From Azolla caroliniana (lineage: Eukaryota > Plantae > Polypodiophyta), in NCBI GenBank assembly GCA_043228905.1, contig JBHGNT010000022.1:12524001-12588000 (forward strand): DNA of 64,000 bases, written 5' to 3'. Below, in pieces: positions 37,726 to 49,051 of the stretch. A model generated the notes under the pieces. It saw nothing but the letters and a program-made list of their open reading frames with translations, had not been told where the DNA came from and did no database searches. The stretch's first letter is position 1. Each line of letters begins with the position of its first letter. Position numbers and translations under genes: made by a program.

Positions 37726-40560
37726 ATAAGTAGTCACTTAAAATAACTTGTGGCAATATTCCTCATTTTGTCGCCATCCTCCGTGGTTGTTCCATCTGCT
37801 CGATTGAGGTTGCGCATCATTGTTCTGGCGTGTCTTGGTTCCTTGGATCGGAAGAATTCCTTTGTGGTTTTGTCCCCTACTCGAATCCATCGAGCCATGC
37901 TTCCATGAAACTCCATGTCATAGATTGCCTTTTCTACCATGATGAGTTCATGTTTAGCCATGGCAACTTGTCTTGCGATCCAACTATATGTCGGGTATCG
38001 CTAGTGGAGGCATTGTAAGGCTATTAGTCCTTGTTTTGTCCTCTGTCACTTTTCCTGAGCATCCTTACTTCTAGTCTTGACAATCTCATGGAGTAGAGTT
38101 AAAGCTCATGATAATTTAGCTAGAAGTTTGTCAGATGCTAATGAGGCATTGACGGGTAGTGACCATTGATTGGTGAGTTGTTCATTCACCTCTATAATTG
38201 TGTAGATAGTGTGTGGGATTTGAGGTTGGAATGAACCCCACTTTCGGTGCAAGGGAAAGTGACCGATTATCGGGTAATGGTCGGAGAAAGTCGTGCTTGG
38301 AGTTATGTGACACCACCCTCCCTTCGCTTCTAGGGCTTCGCCTACATAAAGACGATCGATGCGAGATAGAGTGGGTCCACTATTTCGCCCATCTGATCAG
38401 GAGGATTAGAGAGAGTCCCTTTTTCGTTGGAAGTTGTCGGAATGCCATATATCTCGCAAGTTAAGGTGTACACATAACTTTTCCCATTGTTTACGTTCCC
38501 TTCCTTGTAGGACTCTGGGATTGTTGTTAGAGCTATCATGGATGGATTCGATCATATTAAAATCCCCTCCAATGCACCACTCCTCCGCACCTGCTACTTG
38601 TTGGCCAATGCGCTCCCAAAATGTTGCCCGTTTTGTGCTACTATTTGGAGCATAAACATTCATGAAATTCCAATGTTGCCCTTGGATGGCCAACGTGCGA
38701 AAATGTGCCCTTCCAAGTATTAGTGATTCTTGGTTTATTAAACCTTGGGCTAGATGTTCCTGAATCAAAGTGCAAATACCACCATGATTTCCATCCTCCT
38801 CTATTGATGGCTCCCAAATTGTTCGCCATGATCCTGGTAAAAGATCTCCGACTTCCTTTGAACAAGTACTATCAAGGTGGTGTTCCTGCAACATGATGAT
38901 GTCAGCAACACCCCCTAATATATATTCCTCAAGATCTCTTCTCAGTTTGCATCTATTTTGTTGGTCTAGTCGAATCCTAAACCCTTCCACGTTCCATGTT
39001 ACAATCTTTATACTCATGGAATGGGGTGGGAGATTGCCATTTGTGCCTGATGCTTTGCACAACATGTCGTGAGTGGGGAGCACTCACCATTTAGACATCC
39101 GGTCATTTCCATTGATGGAATGCTGGTCCACATCCATGAGTGGAGTTTGTGGGCTATCCTATGAGCTTCAATCGCCCCTTCATGTTTCTCATAGAAATAG
39201 AGAAACCTTGGACTTAGTTGGGTGTTTATGATAGCCCGCAGGTGGATGTGGTAGAGATGAGGTTCCTTTTCATCCATGGTGCACCAGAATTCAGTGTTAT
39301 ACCAATGTTGTTTTAGTTCGTTCATGAGCTCTTCATTTCTTATTTTTGCTACAAAGCATGCTGCTTGGCTACATAACATATCTTTAATCTTGGATTTCGA
39401 CCAATCTTCTTGTGTCGGAAGCAAGAGTGGAAAGGAGATTGAGGCCGTCTGAACTCCGTTATTGTGTACCGCTGATACATGTACCCTTATTTTTTCCACC
39501 ATCTTGTGTCATATACCTAGCCATTTCAAGGCATTTTGCGGGTGTGGTTCAAGGTCTTGGCTAGAGGAATCACACTCATTTGTGTCCGGGCAGACTATGA
39601 TCTGAGGCATGACATTCAAACTGAGGGAAGTTTGTTGATGTCATGCACCAATAGGCGGATAGAGGGAGGGCTTAGGTGCTTCTTTAGCTTGTCCGCTAAC
39701 GTTAGTTCCTTGTCCAACATCATACCAAAGGAGTTGCCAATACTAGGAAGTAACATGTTGTCTTTTAAGGATAATCTCAAAAACAACATTGTTACCTTTT
39801 TCATGGAATCCTCGTATTGCGCTGCCTTCTCTGGGTTAAAACCATGTGTCCATTTAAGCATGAATAACTATGTGTTTTAGACCTGACAGGGAGACATGGT
39901 TATGAGGTTCGCTGCGGAATCCTTGTCCTCTAGAACGATTTGATAGAAACCTTTACCAAGCAGTTGGACTTCTTTTATTCCACCTACTTGTGAATGAAAT
40001 TTGCCTTGCAACATATCTCGCAATAGTCCTCTATTTGGCCGTGATCCCACCATGCGGCATATGACTACAATGCGCTTGAGTTGATCTATTTGCTGCTCAA
40101 GTAGAAGCATTTCGTCGCTATTGGCTGTGGGGGGGGGGGCGGGTAGGTCCTACTCGTCGAACTTTGGTGTGGGTGCACTCGTCGAATTGGCTGTGGGGCC
40201 CACTCGTCGAATTCGGGTCCACTCGTTGAACTGGGTTCCACTCATTGAATGTTGATTGGTGGGTCCCACCTACTCAAACTTTGGGTGGGGGAAACCCTAG
40301 CTTAGCATAGCGGTGAAGAAGAATCAGCGGCGGCAGCTGCGGAGAGGGTGTGGTGGCCTATGTGCCCCACGTCTACAGACCTCCGATTTGCATTGGCAGG
40401 TAGAAGCGAGGTTGCACTGCTCTGCTTCAGCTCCTGCTCCGCTCCTGAATCTCCTCTCATACATTCCTTCAGCTCTTGCTCTGCTCCTACTCCGTTGCCC
40501 ACTCCTGCTCCTGCTCCTTGAGAGGAGAAGCGAGGCACCATTGCTCAGCTTCAGCTCCTG
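37726..40560 (-). mobile_element. Second L1 LINE, 5' part (5' UTR, ORF1, endonuclease)
   Basis: VGSRPNR...GKGFY ORF1 similar to the first L1. Endonuclease TWNV, QEHH, NVYAPN, GGDFN. Linker RWIRVGDKTTKEFF. Repeated cactcgtcgaa and gctcct in the 5' region. Confidence 0.82.
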
Positions 40561-42241
40561 CTCCTACTTTACACAAAACCACTTAAACCTATAAATCAAT
40601 AAACCACAGTTTTAGAACTAGATTTAACTAAAGCCAAACCGCTCATTAAAAATCCAAACCAAACCATTTAAGTATTTTTGAGACTAAAAAACCATAACAC
40701 CATGGCTTAACAATTAGATTTGGTTCGAGCTTAAACCTGGTAATGTAAAAAAGTGTGAAAGAGACATAAGGGAGGTCTCAAGTCCGTAGCAACATCATTT
40801 AATATGGCATTGTAGAAATGTGCAAAGAATAAAAAAATATTAGATTATTTGGGATAATATTTTCAATATATAAAGAATCTACTAATCAAGATCGTTCGAA
40901 TATGCCCAATATATCGTAATGTTAAGTTTATGAGCTTTATAGTACTCTATATCTCAAGTGGGCTATGGTGTCAAAGGTCAAGTATGTATTAATGTGAGCA
41001 ATTGACTACGAAAAACCTATACAACCTATGTTGTTTCTATGGTGTCTAAGGAACACACATATTTGACTCTAAATTCCCGAATTCCTTTTAATAGTTTACA
41101 TTTTTACCTTAGTTGAACATATTTTATAGGCCCTTCAACATCAAAGTACAACAAATTATGGCATCTATACTTTGGCAATCGCAAAATATTTCTTTTCCAA
41201 TGTCTTATATTTTGCCCTTTCCGATATGCATTGTCCTCATTAGTCATATAAAAATTCTAGAACAATGTCAATGAGCGGGTTGTGGTTAAGGATATGCAAC
41301 CCTCAATAAAAAAAATCTAAAACAAAGTCAATGACTTTATTATGGCTAAAGATATGGAAGCCTCAATTAATGGTATAAAATCCTAGTATCATTCCTTAAT
41401 GTGATGTACAAAATACTTGTTTTCATGTGTACTACATTTTGTCGTATACGAGAAAGTGATAATATGATTTTTTTCGACATTGTAAACCATAATATCCTTT
41501 AGAAGATTAGAGATTGTTTTATTTGTCTTCAACACTTTGATATTGTCGTTTGATTATGAAAACTATCTAATGAGGACTTCAAACTATAGGCAAGATCCTT
41601 TTCAATACCTTAAATGAGACATAATATATGCAAGGTAAAATTTCGACCCTCATTTTATCATGCAATTTTTTAATATGTTTAAGTCATATACTTTCAGAAA
41701 TGATAGGAAAAGGTAAGTATATGTACCTCATTGATCATATGTTTTATTTTCATAAAAGGGTAGATTGTAAGAACTATTCTAGATAAGTGATTTTAAAGGT
41801 GGGTCCAATCATGACCCAAGACATGAATGCTATCTAAGGTGGTTAATAGAATAATGTGGTGCTTATATGTTTTGAACACAAAAAAGACAAAAAATAGATT
41901 TAAAGTAATAAATGTGAACATTATCAACATTGACTTTGTTTTATGCAATGTGAATGTCTTCTATATTTACACAAAAGGATAAACTAGTATCCGACAAATT
42001 TCAATGACACTCTAATTTGAAATTTGGATGGACTTTATAGGTTTGCTTCCCTCCATGGGAAATTCTACAAATTACAGTGATTCATTCAAGGAAAACAAAA
42101 TAAAAAGCATGATATAGATCCAACAAACAAATATGCACATGATGGATTACTCTAAAGCTCAAGAGTTGACATTGTTTAAACTATATATTGATCAATGATG
42201 ACAATCATGTTTAGAACATAATATGTGGAGCCCTTTAAGTA

Positions 42242-42332
42242 GTACACATAAATTTCAGAATTCTACAAATAAGAGTTGTACTATACGTTGATAAATCATT
42301 ACATATGTAGTACCAAAAAAACATATATGTAC
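42242..42332 (+). promoter_or_regulatory. Cluster of GTAC copper-response cores
   Basis: GTAC at 42242, 42278, 42310 and 42329, aligning with four of the cores upstream of paralogue 1. Confidence 0.75.
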
Positions 42333-42639
42333 TTGAAAACCACAAGTCTCATAATCTCATAATGCACTAGTCCATGTAGGTAGGATGGAAGAAAGGAAGA
42401 GTTTTGAGATTCCTGTTTATGGCACCAAAGATAGACGTGTATGGATCCATGATAATGTGGGCTTCATGGACATCCTTGTTGCGCACATTATGACGCAACG
42501 GGGAATACAGTGGGACCTACATTAAAAGTTCAATACAAATAGGATATAAGGATTGTATTTGTGCTCCTTCCAACAATTATAGCAGATTGGAAAACAAACA
42601 AGCTCAATAGCAAACCGGGAAGCAAACAATCTAACAAAC

Positions 42640-43167
42640 ATGTCAGACATGCACATGGATCATGGTAGTAGTAGCAACAATGCTACTAGTAATGGTAGCA
42701 CCAATACTACAACATCACACATGGCGATGCATATGACATTCTATGGAGGGCAAAAAGCCGTGATACTCTTCGACCAATGGACAACCACCACATGGGGCTA
42801 TTATATCCTCTCCCTTTTGGCTCTCTTTGTGATAGCCTTCCTATACCAATACTTGCAATATAGGTTGACTCGCATGGCACAAACATGTTCTTCCCCACCT
42901 TATGTCGGATCTTTGTTCATTCGCATCCTTCACTCCTCCATGTTCACATTTGCGGTTGCCATTGCTTACTTCCTTATGCTGGCGGTGATGACATTCAACG
43001 CTGGTATCTTTATTGTTATCACATTGGGATTTGGATTTGGGTTCTTTTTCTTCCATACCAATATTAATAACACCTCTTCTTCCTCGTCCGGTTGTGCAAT
43101 CCCTACTAGTTCGGCCGCGACATCCTCCACCTTGACTCCCAAGGTGGATCTTACTTGTTGTGCTTGA
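42640..43167 (+). CDS. COPT: Ctr/COPT high-affinity copper transporter, paralogue 2
   Basis: MSDMHMDH N-terminus, MAMHMTFY, MLAVM, GFGFG and C-terminal TCCA. Clearly paralogous to 23511-24047. Confidence 0.95.
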   Translation: MSDMHMDHGSSSNNATSNGSTNTTTSHMAMHMTFYGGQKAVILFDQWTTTTWGYYILSLLALFVIAFLYQYLQYRLTRMAQTCSSPPYVGSLFIRILHSSMFTFAVAIAYFLMLAVMTFNAGIFIVITLGFGFGFFFFHTNINNTSSSSSGCAIPTSSAATSSTLTPKVDLTCCA

Positions 43168-45051
43168 GGTGCAAGTCTTCCATTTGTTCATCATATCAAA
43201 CTTTAATTACTTTTTCACATGTCATATAATAAGAATGTGTGCCTTTTTCTAATTTGTTATTGTCACATGTATTAATAAAACTGTGGTTTTTAACATCATC
43301 ATTTGCCTATATGTGTTTTGTAATTAGAATTGGTTGTAGGATTTGTTCTATGTCTTCAACAATTTCCAATACTAATACACGTTTTCCATTCTTGTTTCTT
43401 ACATACCAAGCTAAGGTTTTCCGAGGCTATTGATTGTTTGAAGTTTCCACTTTTCGTACTATCTAAACTCTCTAAAGCTAGTAAATTGGATTGTCATGGA
43501 ATTTAAGAAATTAAAAGTTCACAATTGTGCTAAAATTGATGGCAATTGAGATGAAAGGTCTCTTTCTTTTTTTCTATATACTGTTTTCAAGTAATATACT
43601 AAGGTGCATCTTTCTTTTAAAAAATAAAAAAATTGATGGCAATTATAGTTTGAATGATGGTAAAATGAGTTAAGATTTAGCATAATTGCCATCAATTTTG
43701 TTCCATATTTGTTCTTTGTCCCATACAATTGTTTTGATCATATTTATGTTGTGAAATATGTATAATTAACTTCAATGTTTGTAAGATTCATATTCTTGGG
43801 TGGAATCGGGGGTGGAATCCTTCATGTTCATGATTAATGAAACTATAGCAAGTTCTAACACGATTATTTGAAACCTAAACCCACAATGTTTATGTTATGA
43901 AATGCAACCTATACATTAGAATTCTATATGAATTCAAGAAATGTAGCCTACTATTGTTGAAGAATTAAAGAATCGTTGTAGGAAAAATTGCTGCATAAAA
44001 TTTTGGAATATATGTGTTAGGTAGGAATTGTTGCAGTTTTGACTCTTGAGTGGATACGATAGAATAAGGGAAGCTTGTATAGTTTAGACAAAGATAATCA
44101 ATTAATTAGACAACAATTTTGATGGATACGATAGAATAAGGAATTGATGAGATACTAAGTAAGGAAATCATCTTGATTCTTCTCATTTTCCCATAGAACC
44201 CAAAAATTGTTCTTTTATCAAGGCTCCCCCCATATGAAAGATTTTTTAGCTCCATGTGGAACTCACACTTGATTCCCATCCCTTGAGCCTCTTAGCCTAA
44301 TGTAACCCACATGCATTCCTCTCAAGGAATGCTTCCCACTTGGTTTGATTAAAATCGCATGAAATCCGCATGTCTGAAATCAAAGTGAGACCACCAACAT
44401 CTCGAAAAATGGAAGATGGGTTTATCAATTTTGCGTATATTGATTTGGGGGATTTGAGCGTATAATTTGTCATGTGGTTGTACTCTTGGACAATTTCTTC
44501 TTTTCATTACATGCGACCCACTTGGAGTCATTACCTATAGTGTTAATACTTATCCACTTATATTTATTTTATGTAAGTGGATATGGGTTTAGGGTTTAGG
44601 TTTTATGTATTTATATATACGTGTCTGGGTCTTACATAGATATGTGAGTTTTATGTGTATGAATAAGCATGTATGTGTAATCGTGTGCTAATCTAAGTGC
44701 TTTTGCTTGAGGAGCGTTCATGTCATGTTTATAAGTGTGAATATGTGTGTGAATGTATATAAATGTGGATTTGTAAGTATATAAATGTGTAATTTGTATG
44801 TTTGTATACAATCATCAACTTTATAGGATTAGATGAGGTAACCCTTTTGGTAGTTCCTTACGAAAGACATCCTAAAACTCTATTAAGGGTGAATCAAGCA
44901 CATGTTGTTAATAATATGTTAATTGATTATTGTCACTATATTATATATTTGGAGATTAGGGTCAAGAATACATTGTAGAACAAGAAGAACTGAAAAAAGA
45001 TGCATCAAAGAATTGGAGATCATCGAAGATTTGACATAATGAACAAAGTGT

Positions 45052-45281
45052 TTACTGTTGAGAATGATTTAGTGAAAGTGATATTGAATAGTTCACTTGC
45101 TCCTTGGATAAAGAGGGATTCTTATTAGAAAACCATAGATAACTAAGTATTACATTAGCGGATCTAAGATTCACAATATGAAAGTTAACTTTCTCTACAT
45201 AGGAATCCATATTGTTTGGCAATTGATGAATAACACCATTGATGTATTGAACTCTTCTATTAGGTAATTGGACTTTGTAAG
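45052..45281 (-). pseudogene. Highly decayed gypsy protease-region fragment
   Basis: VNFHIVNL..ANVILSYLWFSNKNPS resembles the retropepsin C-terminal ILG..WL...NP motif. Confidence 0.4.
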
Positions 45282-45558
45282 TGTTGAGAATCAAACTCAA
45301 CTTCCCTAGTGTGGGAACACACCTTAGGAATACCCAAGTGTGTGAACATCCCACCTCCTTTGTATCATAATTAATGTGTCATAGAAGTCCTATGACATAT
45401 ATTTAGTAGGTAGTTAAGCCTCCACCTCTTTCCCAAGAAATGGTGGTAGTAAGAGAATGTAGAGAGAAGGTGACCACATAAGCACCTTCTTCTCCTCTTT
45501 GTACTTGTTGGCTATTGTTCCTCTTGTTGACAAAGTTTTACTATTTTTTTGTATGCTT

Positions 45559-45563
45559 TGTGT

Positions 45564-45600
<37 letters not shown>

Positions 45601-45745
45601 TTCTACTGCACAAAATCACTCTCGTCTCTTTACATGGTATTAGAATGATTGGTAGCTTAATTCAAGTCCATCCTCACGTGTTGTGTATACGCCGACGTTC
45701 ACGAAGAACCAGTCGATCGCCGTAGGACCAACCTGCATAATGTGT

Positions 45746-45822
<77 letters not shown>

Positions 45823-45978
45823 CATACATACACATTCTGATGCACATAATCACTCTCGTCTCTTTACATCGTATTAGAACGATTGGTAGCTTAATTCAAG
45901 TCCATCCTCACGTGTTGTGTATACGCGACGTTCACGAAGAACCGATCGATCGCCGTAGGACCAACCTGCATAATGTGT

Positions 45979-46027
<49 letters not shown>

Positions 46028-46233
46028 CATACATACACATTCTGGTGCACATAATCACTCTTGTCTCTTTACATGGTATTAGAACGATTGGTAGCTTAAT
46101 TCAAGTCCATCCTCACGTGTTGTGTATACGCCGACGTTCACGAAGAACCGGTCGATCGCCGTAGGACCAACTTGCATAATGTGTTCTCTCTCTCTCTCAC
46201 ACACACAGACACACACACACAGACACACACACA

Positions 46234-46301
<68 letters not shown>

Positions 46302-46458
46302 CATACTTACACATTCTGATGCACATAATCACTCTCGTCTCTTTACATGGTATTAGAACAATTGGTAGCTTAATTCAAGTCCATCCTCACGTGTTGTGTA
46401 TACACCGACGTTCACGAAGAACCGGTCGATCGCCGTAGGACCAACCTGCATAATGTGT

Positions 46459-46500
<42 letters not shown>

Positions 46501-46653
46501 AACTACATACACATTCTGGTGCACATAATCACTCTCGTCTCTTTACATGGTATTAGAACGATTGGTAGCTTAATTCAAGCCCATCCTCACGTGTTGTGTA
46601 TACGCCGACGTTCACGAAGAACCGGTCGGTCGCCGTAGCACCAACCTGCATAA
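45559..46653 (+). repeat. Five-unit tandem array of LTR end + PBS + leader with variable (CT)n(CA)n
   Basis: PBS-like copies at 45635, 45869, 46074, 46348 and 46548. Periods 234, 205, 274 and 200 bp. Confidence 0.92.
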
Positions 46654-47213
46654 TGTTGGATAACAGGTCCCTCCGGATGGGAAGAAGTGAACGAACAGAA
46701 ACAGATTAAGTAAATGGGTAATTCGGTCCAGGCCGAAATCGAAATCGAAATCGAGAATCGATTATATAACCAATTTGAGAGACTATATTTGTAAATAGTT
46801 TGAATATGCCCCATGTGGGCTATATTTGTAAATAGCCAGAAAGTTTTATAAGTATAAATACAACTAGGGCAAACTATATGAGTAGTTGTGTGAATCATTA
46901 TTGTGATATAGTTACAATGTAGTTGTCTTAATAACTGAGAGAGAGTGTGAGAGTTAACAAGTGAGTAACTCTACATCTGTTTGCCTGACCAAGGGAGAGC
47001 ATGAGGTTGTTGCCTCGAGCTTCTCATTGTACTCCTCCCTTATATTGATTCTGTTTTTGGAGTTTATGAACTCCACGTGGTTTTCCACGTTAAATCTTGT
47101 GTCTCTGTATCTTTCTCGTTTTTTGTTTTTTTGTTTTTGCATTACACTTGCTCGTTTCTTTGCACCCGAACACGTATACAAGTAATCGGTTGTGGCCAAT
47201 TCCGATCCTAACA
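46654..47213 (+). mobile_element. Solo LTR related to copia family A
   Basis: Ends are TGTTGGATAACAGGTCCCTCCGG...CCTAACA, with TSD cataa/catag. Confidence 0.8.
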
Positions 47214-47450
47214 CATAGTTTGTATCAAAGAGAAGCAAAAGAAGAAAACTAGGTCCAAACAAGTCATTTCAACATGAACACTCAGATGGGAAGCGCTCTT
47301 CCTACCGAGAAACTTGTTACTCGGTGGGACAAGTGTGAAACGTATCAAAAGGAGCCGAGCAGTAACAGCCAAATCAGGGGAAGCCGAATATCAAGGAAGG
47401 AGTGGGTGGAAAGTGTCGTGCAGAAGGAAGTTATATATATAAGGGAGTAG

Positions 47451-47486
<36 letters not shown>

Positions 47487-47489
<3 letters not shown>

Positions 47490-48838
47490 AGAATTTTTAT
47501 CGTCCATAAAGAGGCCAATTTTGACCTATGGGACCAGAGTATACATGTGTTCTTGATATATGTCTCCTTCCTAAGAAGGGGTATTCATACGTTGAAGCAC
47601 AAAGTCTCTATGTGTTAGTAAAGCATACACATATGAGCTCAACCTTCTAGGTCATGGCTTAATTATGGCAGTTAAGTTATCACTTTCTCTTAGTATGTCA
47701 ACATATCTTGAACGAATTGCACTATATGTCAAGCATGTGAACAACAAGTGACATTCATCCTCTACCATGCCTTCATTGCATACTTTACAAGTCTTCAAAT
47801 TCTTTACATTTTGATACCATGATGCAACTTCAATACCTAACTTGTGAGATTGAGTGCGAAGTAGTGTAAGGGCTCTACGAGCATTACTACTCATATTGGT
47901 AATGAGATAAGGTTGGATACGATCAATAGAAATTCTTGCTTTATATTGAGACCAACATTTAGGGTTGAAATTTGCAATGTAGTATTCTAGCTTTGTCCTC
48001 TTAGCATCCTCCCACTTCATCCTTAATGATTCCACCAACCTTTCCTCAATCATTACATACTGCATAACATTGCCTGAAAGCTGTAAAAGATCATCCACAC
48101 CCTATCTTCTAAACCATTTCCTTATGTCAACAACCCAACCAGATGAGAGAATCTTACTTTTATGATTCTTTTATAGCTTACATCCAACATTCCAAGTAAG
48201 ATGTGGTAATCGATGATTTGGCATATTCTTGGCTTTTTGTAATGTATTTATATACTCTTTGGAGTGCCAATAGTTCTATGGGTCGAACACCCATTTCCAA
48301 GAGCATAACCTGGTAAGAGGTAGTGCATTTAACTCTTAATTGCCTCCTGAAAAGCATGTTTTGAATTTTCTCAATCTCGTTCCATGCATTAAGAGAGATG
48401 TTGCCACCCCATACTTCTACTCTATAAAGCAATACTTGAGTTACCATGGCATTGAACAACATTATTTTTACTTCCCATCCACAAGTATCACTTTGGTTGC
48501 ATTGGTTCTCCAAAAGGTAATATGATTTCCAACCGGCTTGGAGTCTAGAATCAAAGCATGCACTCCATTTATTTGTGGCGGGTACATCAATACCAAGATA
48601 TTTAAAGCTTTGAACAAATTGTATATGTTCACCTTTATATGTGAGCATAATGATGAGTTTGGATGGTTTGCACTACCATCATTTTGGTTTTCTCCACATT
48701 CACTTCTAGTCCACTACTATGGCAAAATTCTTCTAATACCCCAAGTAAATGATGCATATTATCAACATCATATGAGAAGAGTACCACGTCATCTACATAT
48801 AGAAGCAATAAGATAACATGTTGCATCAAATTTGGGCC

Positions 48839-48840
<2 letters not shown>
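47487..48840 (-). mobile_element. RTE/RTE-X-like LINE 3' fragment lying inside a (GA)n tract
   Basis: LLYVDD, FKYLG and CKVC...VEDECHLLFTC..Y..IR. (GA)n on both sides (~47454-47485 and 48841-48882). Confidence 0.85.
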
Positions 48841-48885
<45 letters not shown>

Positions 48886-48956
48886 AGGGGATTACATTAG
48901 GATAGACTAATAGAGAACGAGGTAGTTGTATTTGTACCTGTATGCTATATTTATTC

Positions 48957-48957
<1 letters not shown>

Positions 48958-48992
<35 letters not shown>
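48958..48992. repeat. (AT)n microsatellite
   Basis: Directly visible. Confidence 0.95.
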
Positions 48993-48994
<2 letters not shown>

Positions 48995-49051
48995 TTTGTG
49001 GGTAACTCCTGTGTTCTGTCTCATCTCTATCTCATTATACACATATAGCTA

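Larger units (their letters stand above)
45282..47325 (+). mobile_element. Copia family B 5' end (LTR 45282-45634, PBS, leader, Gag start), disrupted
   Basis: The LTR start matches the 403-677 LTR. PBS tggtattagaa at 45635. ATG AAC ACT CAG ATG GGA AGC GCT CTT CCT at ~47274 matches the Gag start at 262. Confidence 0.8.

Noticed and set aside
44335-44525. cccacttgg direct repeat as a possible TSD of a small MITE
   Set aside because: No convincing terminal inverted repeats.
45683-46638. His-Thr repeat ORFs as metal-binding peptides near COPT
   Set aside because: Translations of (CA)n with no evidence of gene structure.
45559-46653. CRISPR-like look (constant blocks with variable spacers)
   Set aside because: The spacers are only (CT)n(CA)n of varying length, the constant part is retrotransposon LTR/PBS sequence, there are no cas genes, and the context is eukaryotic.
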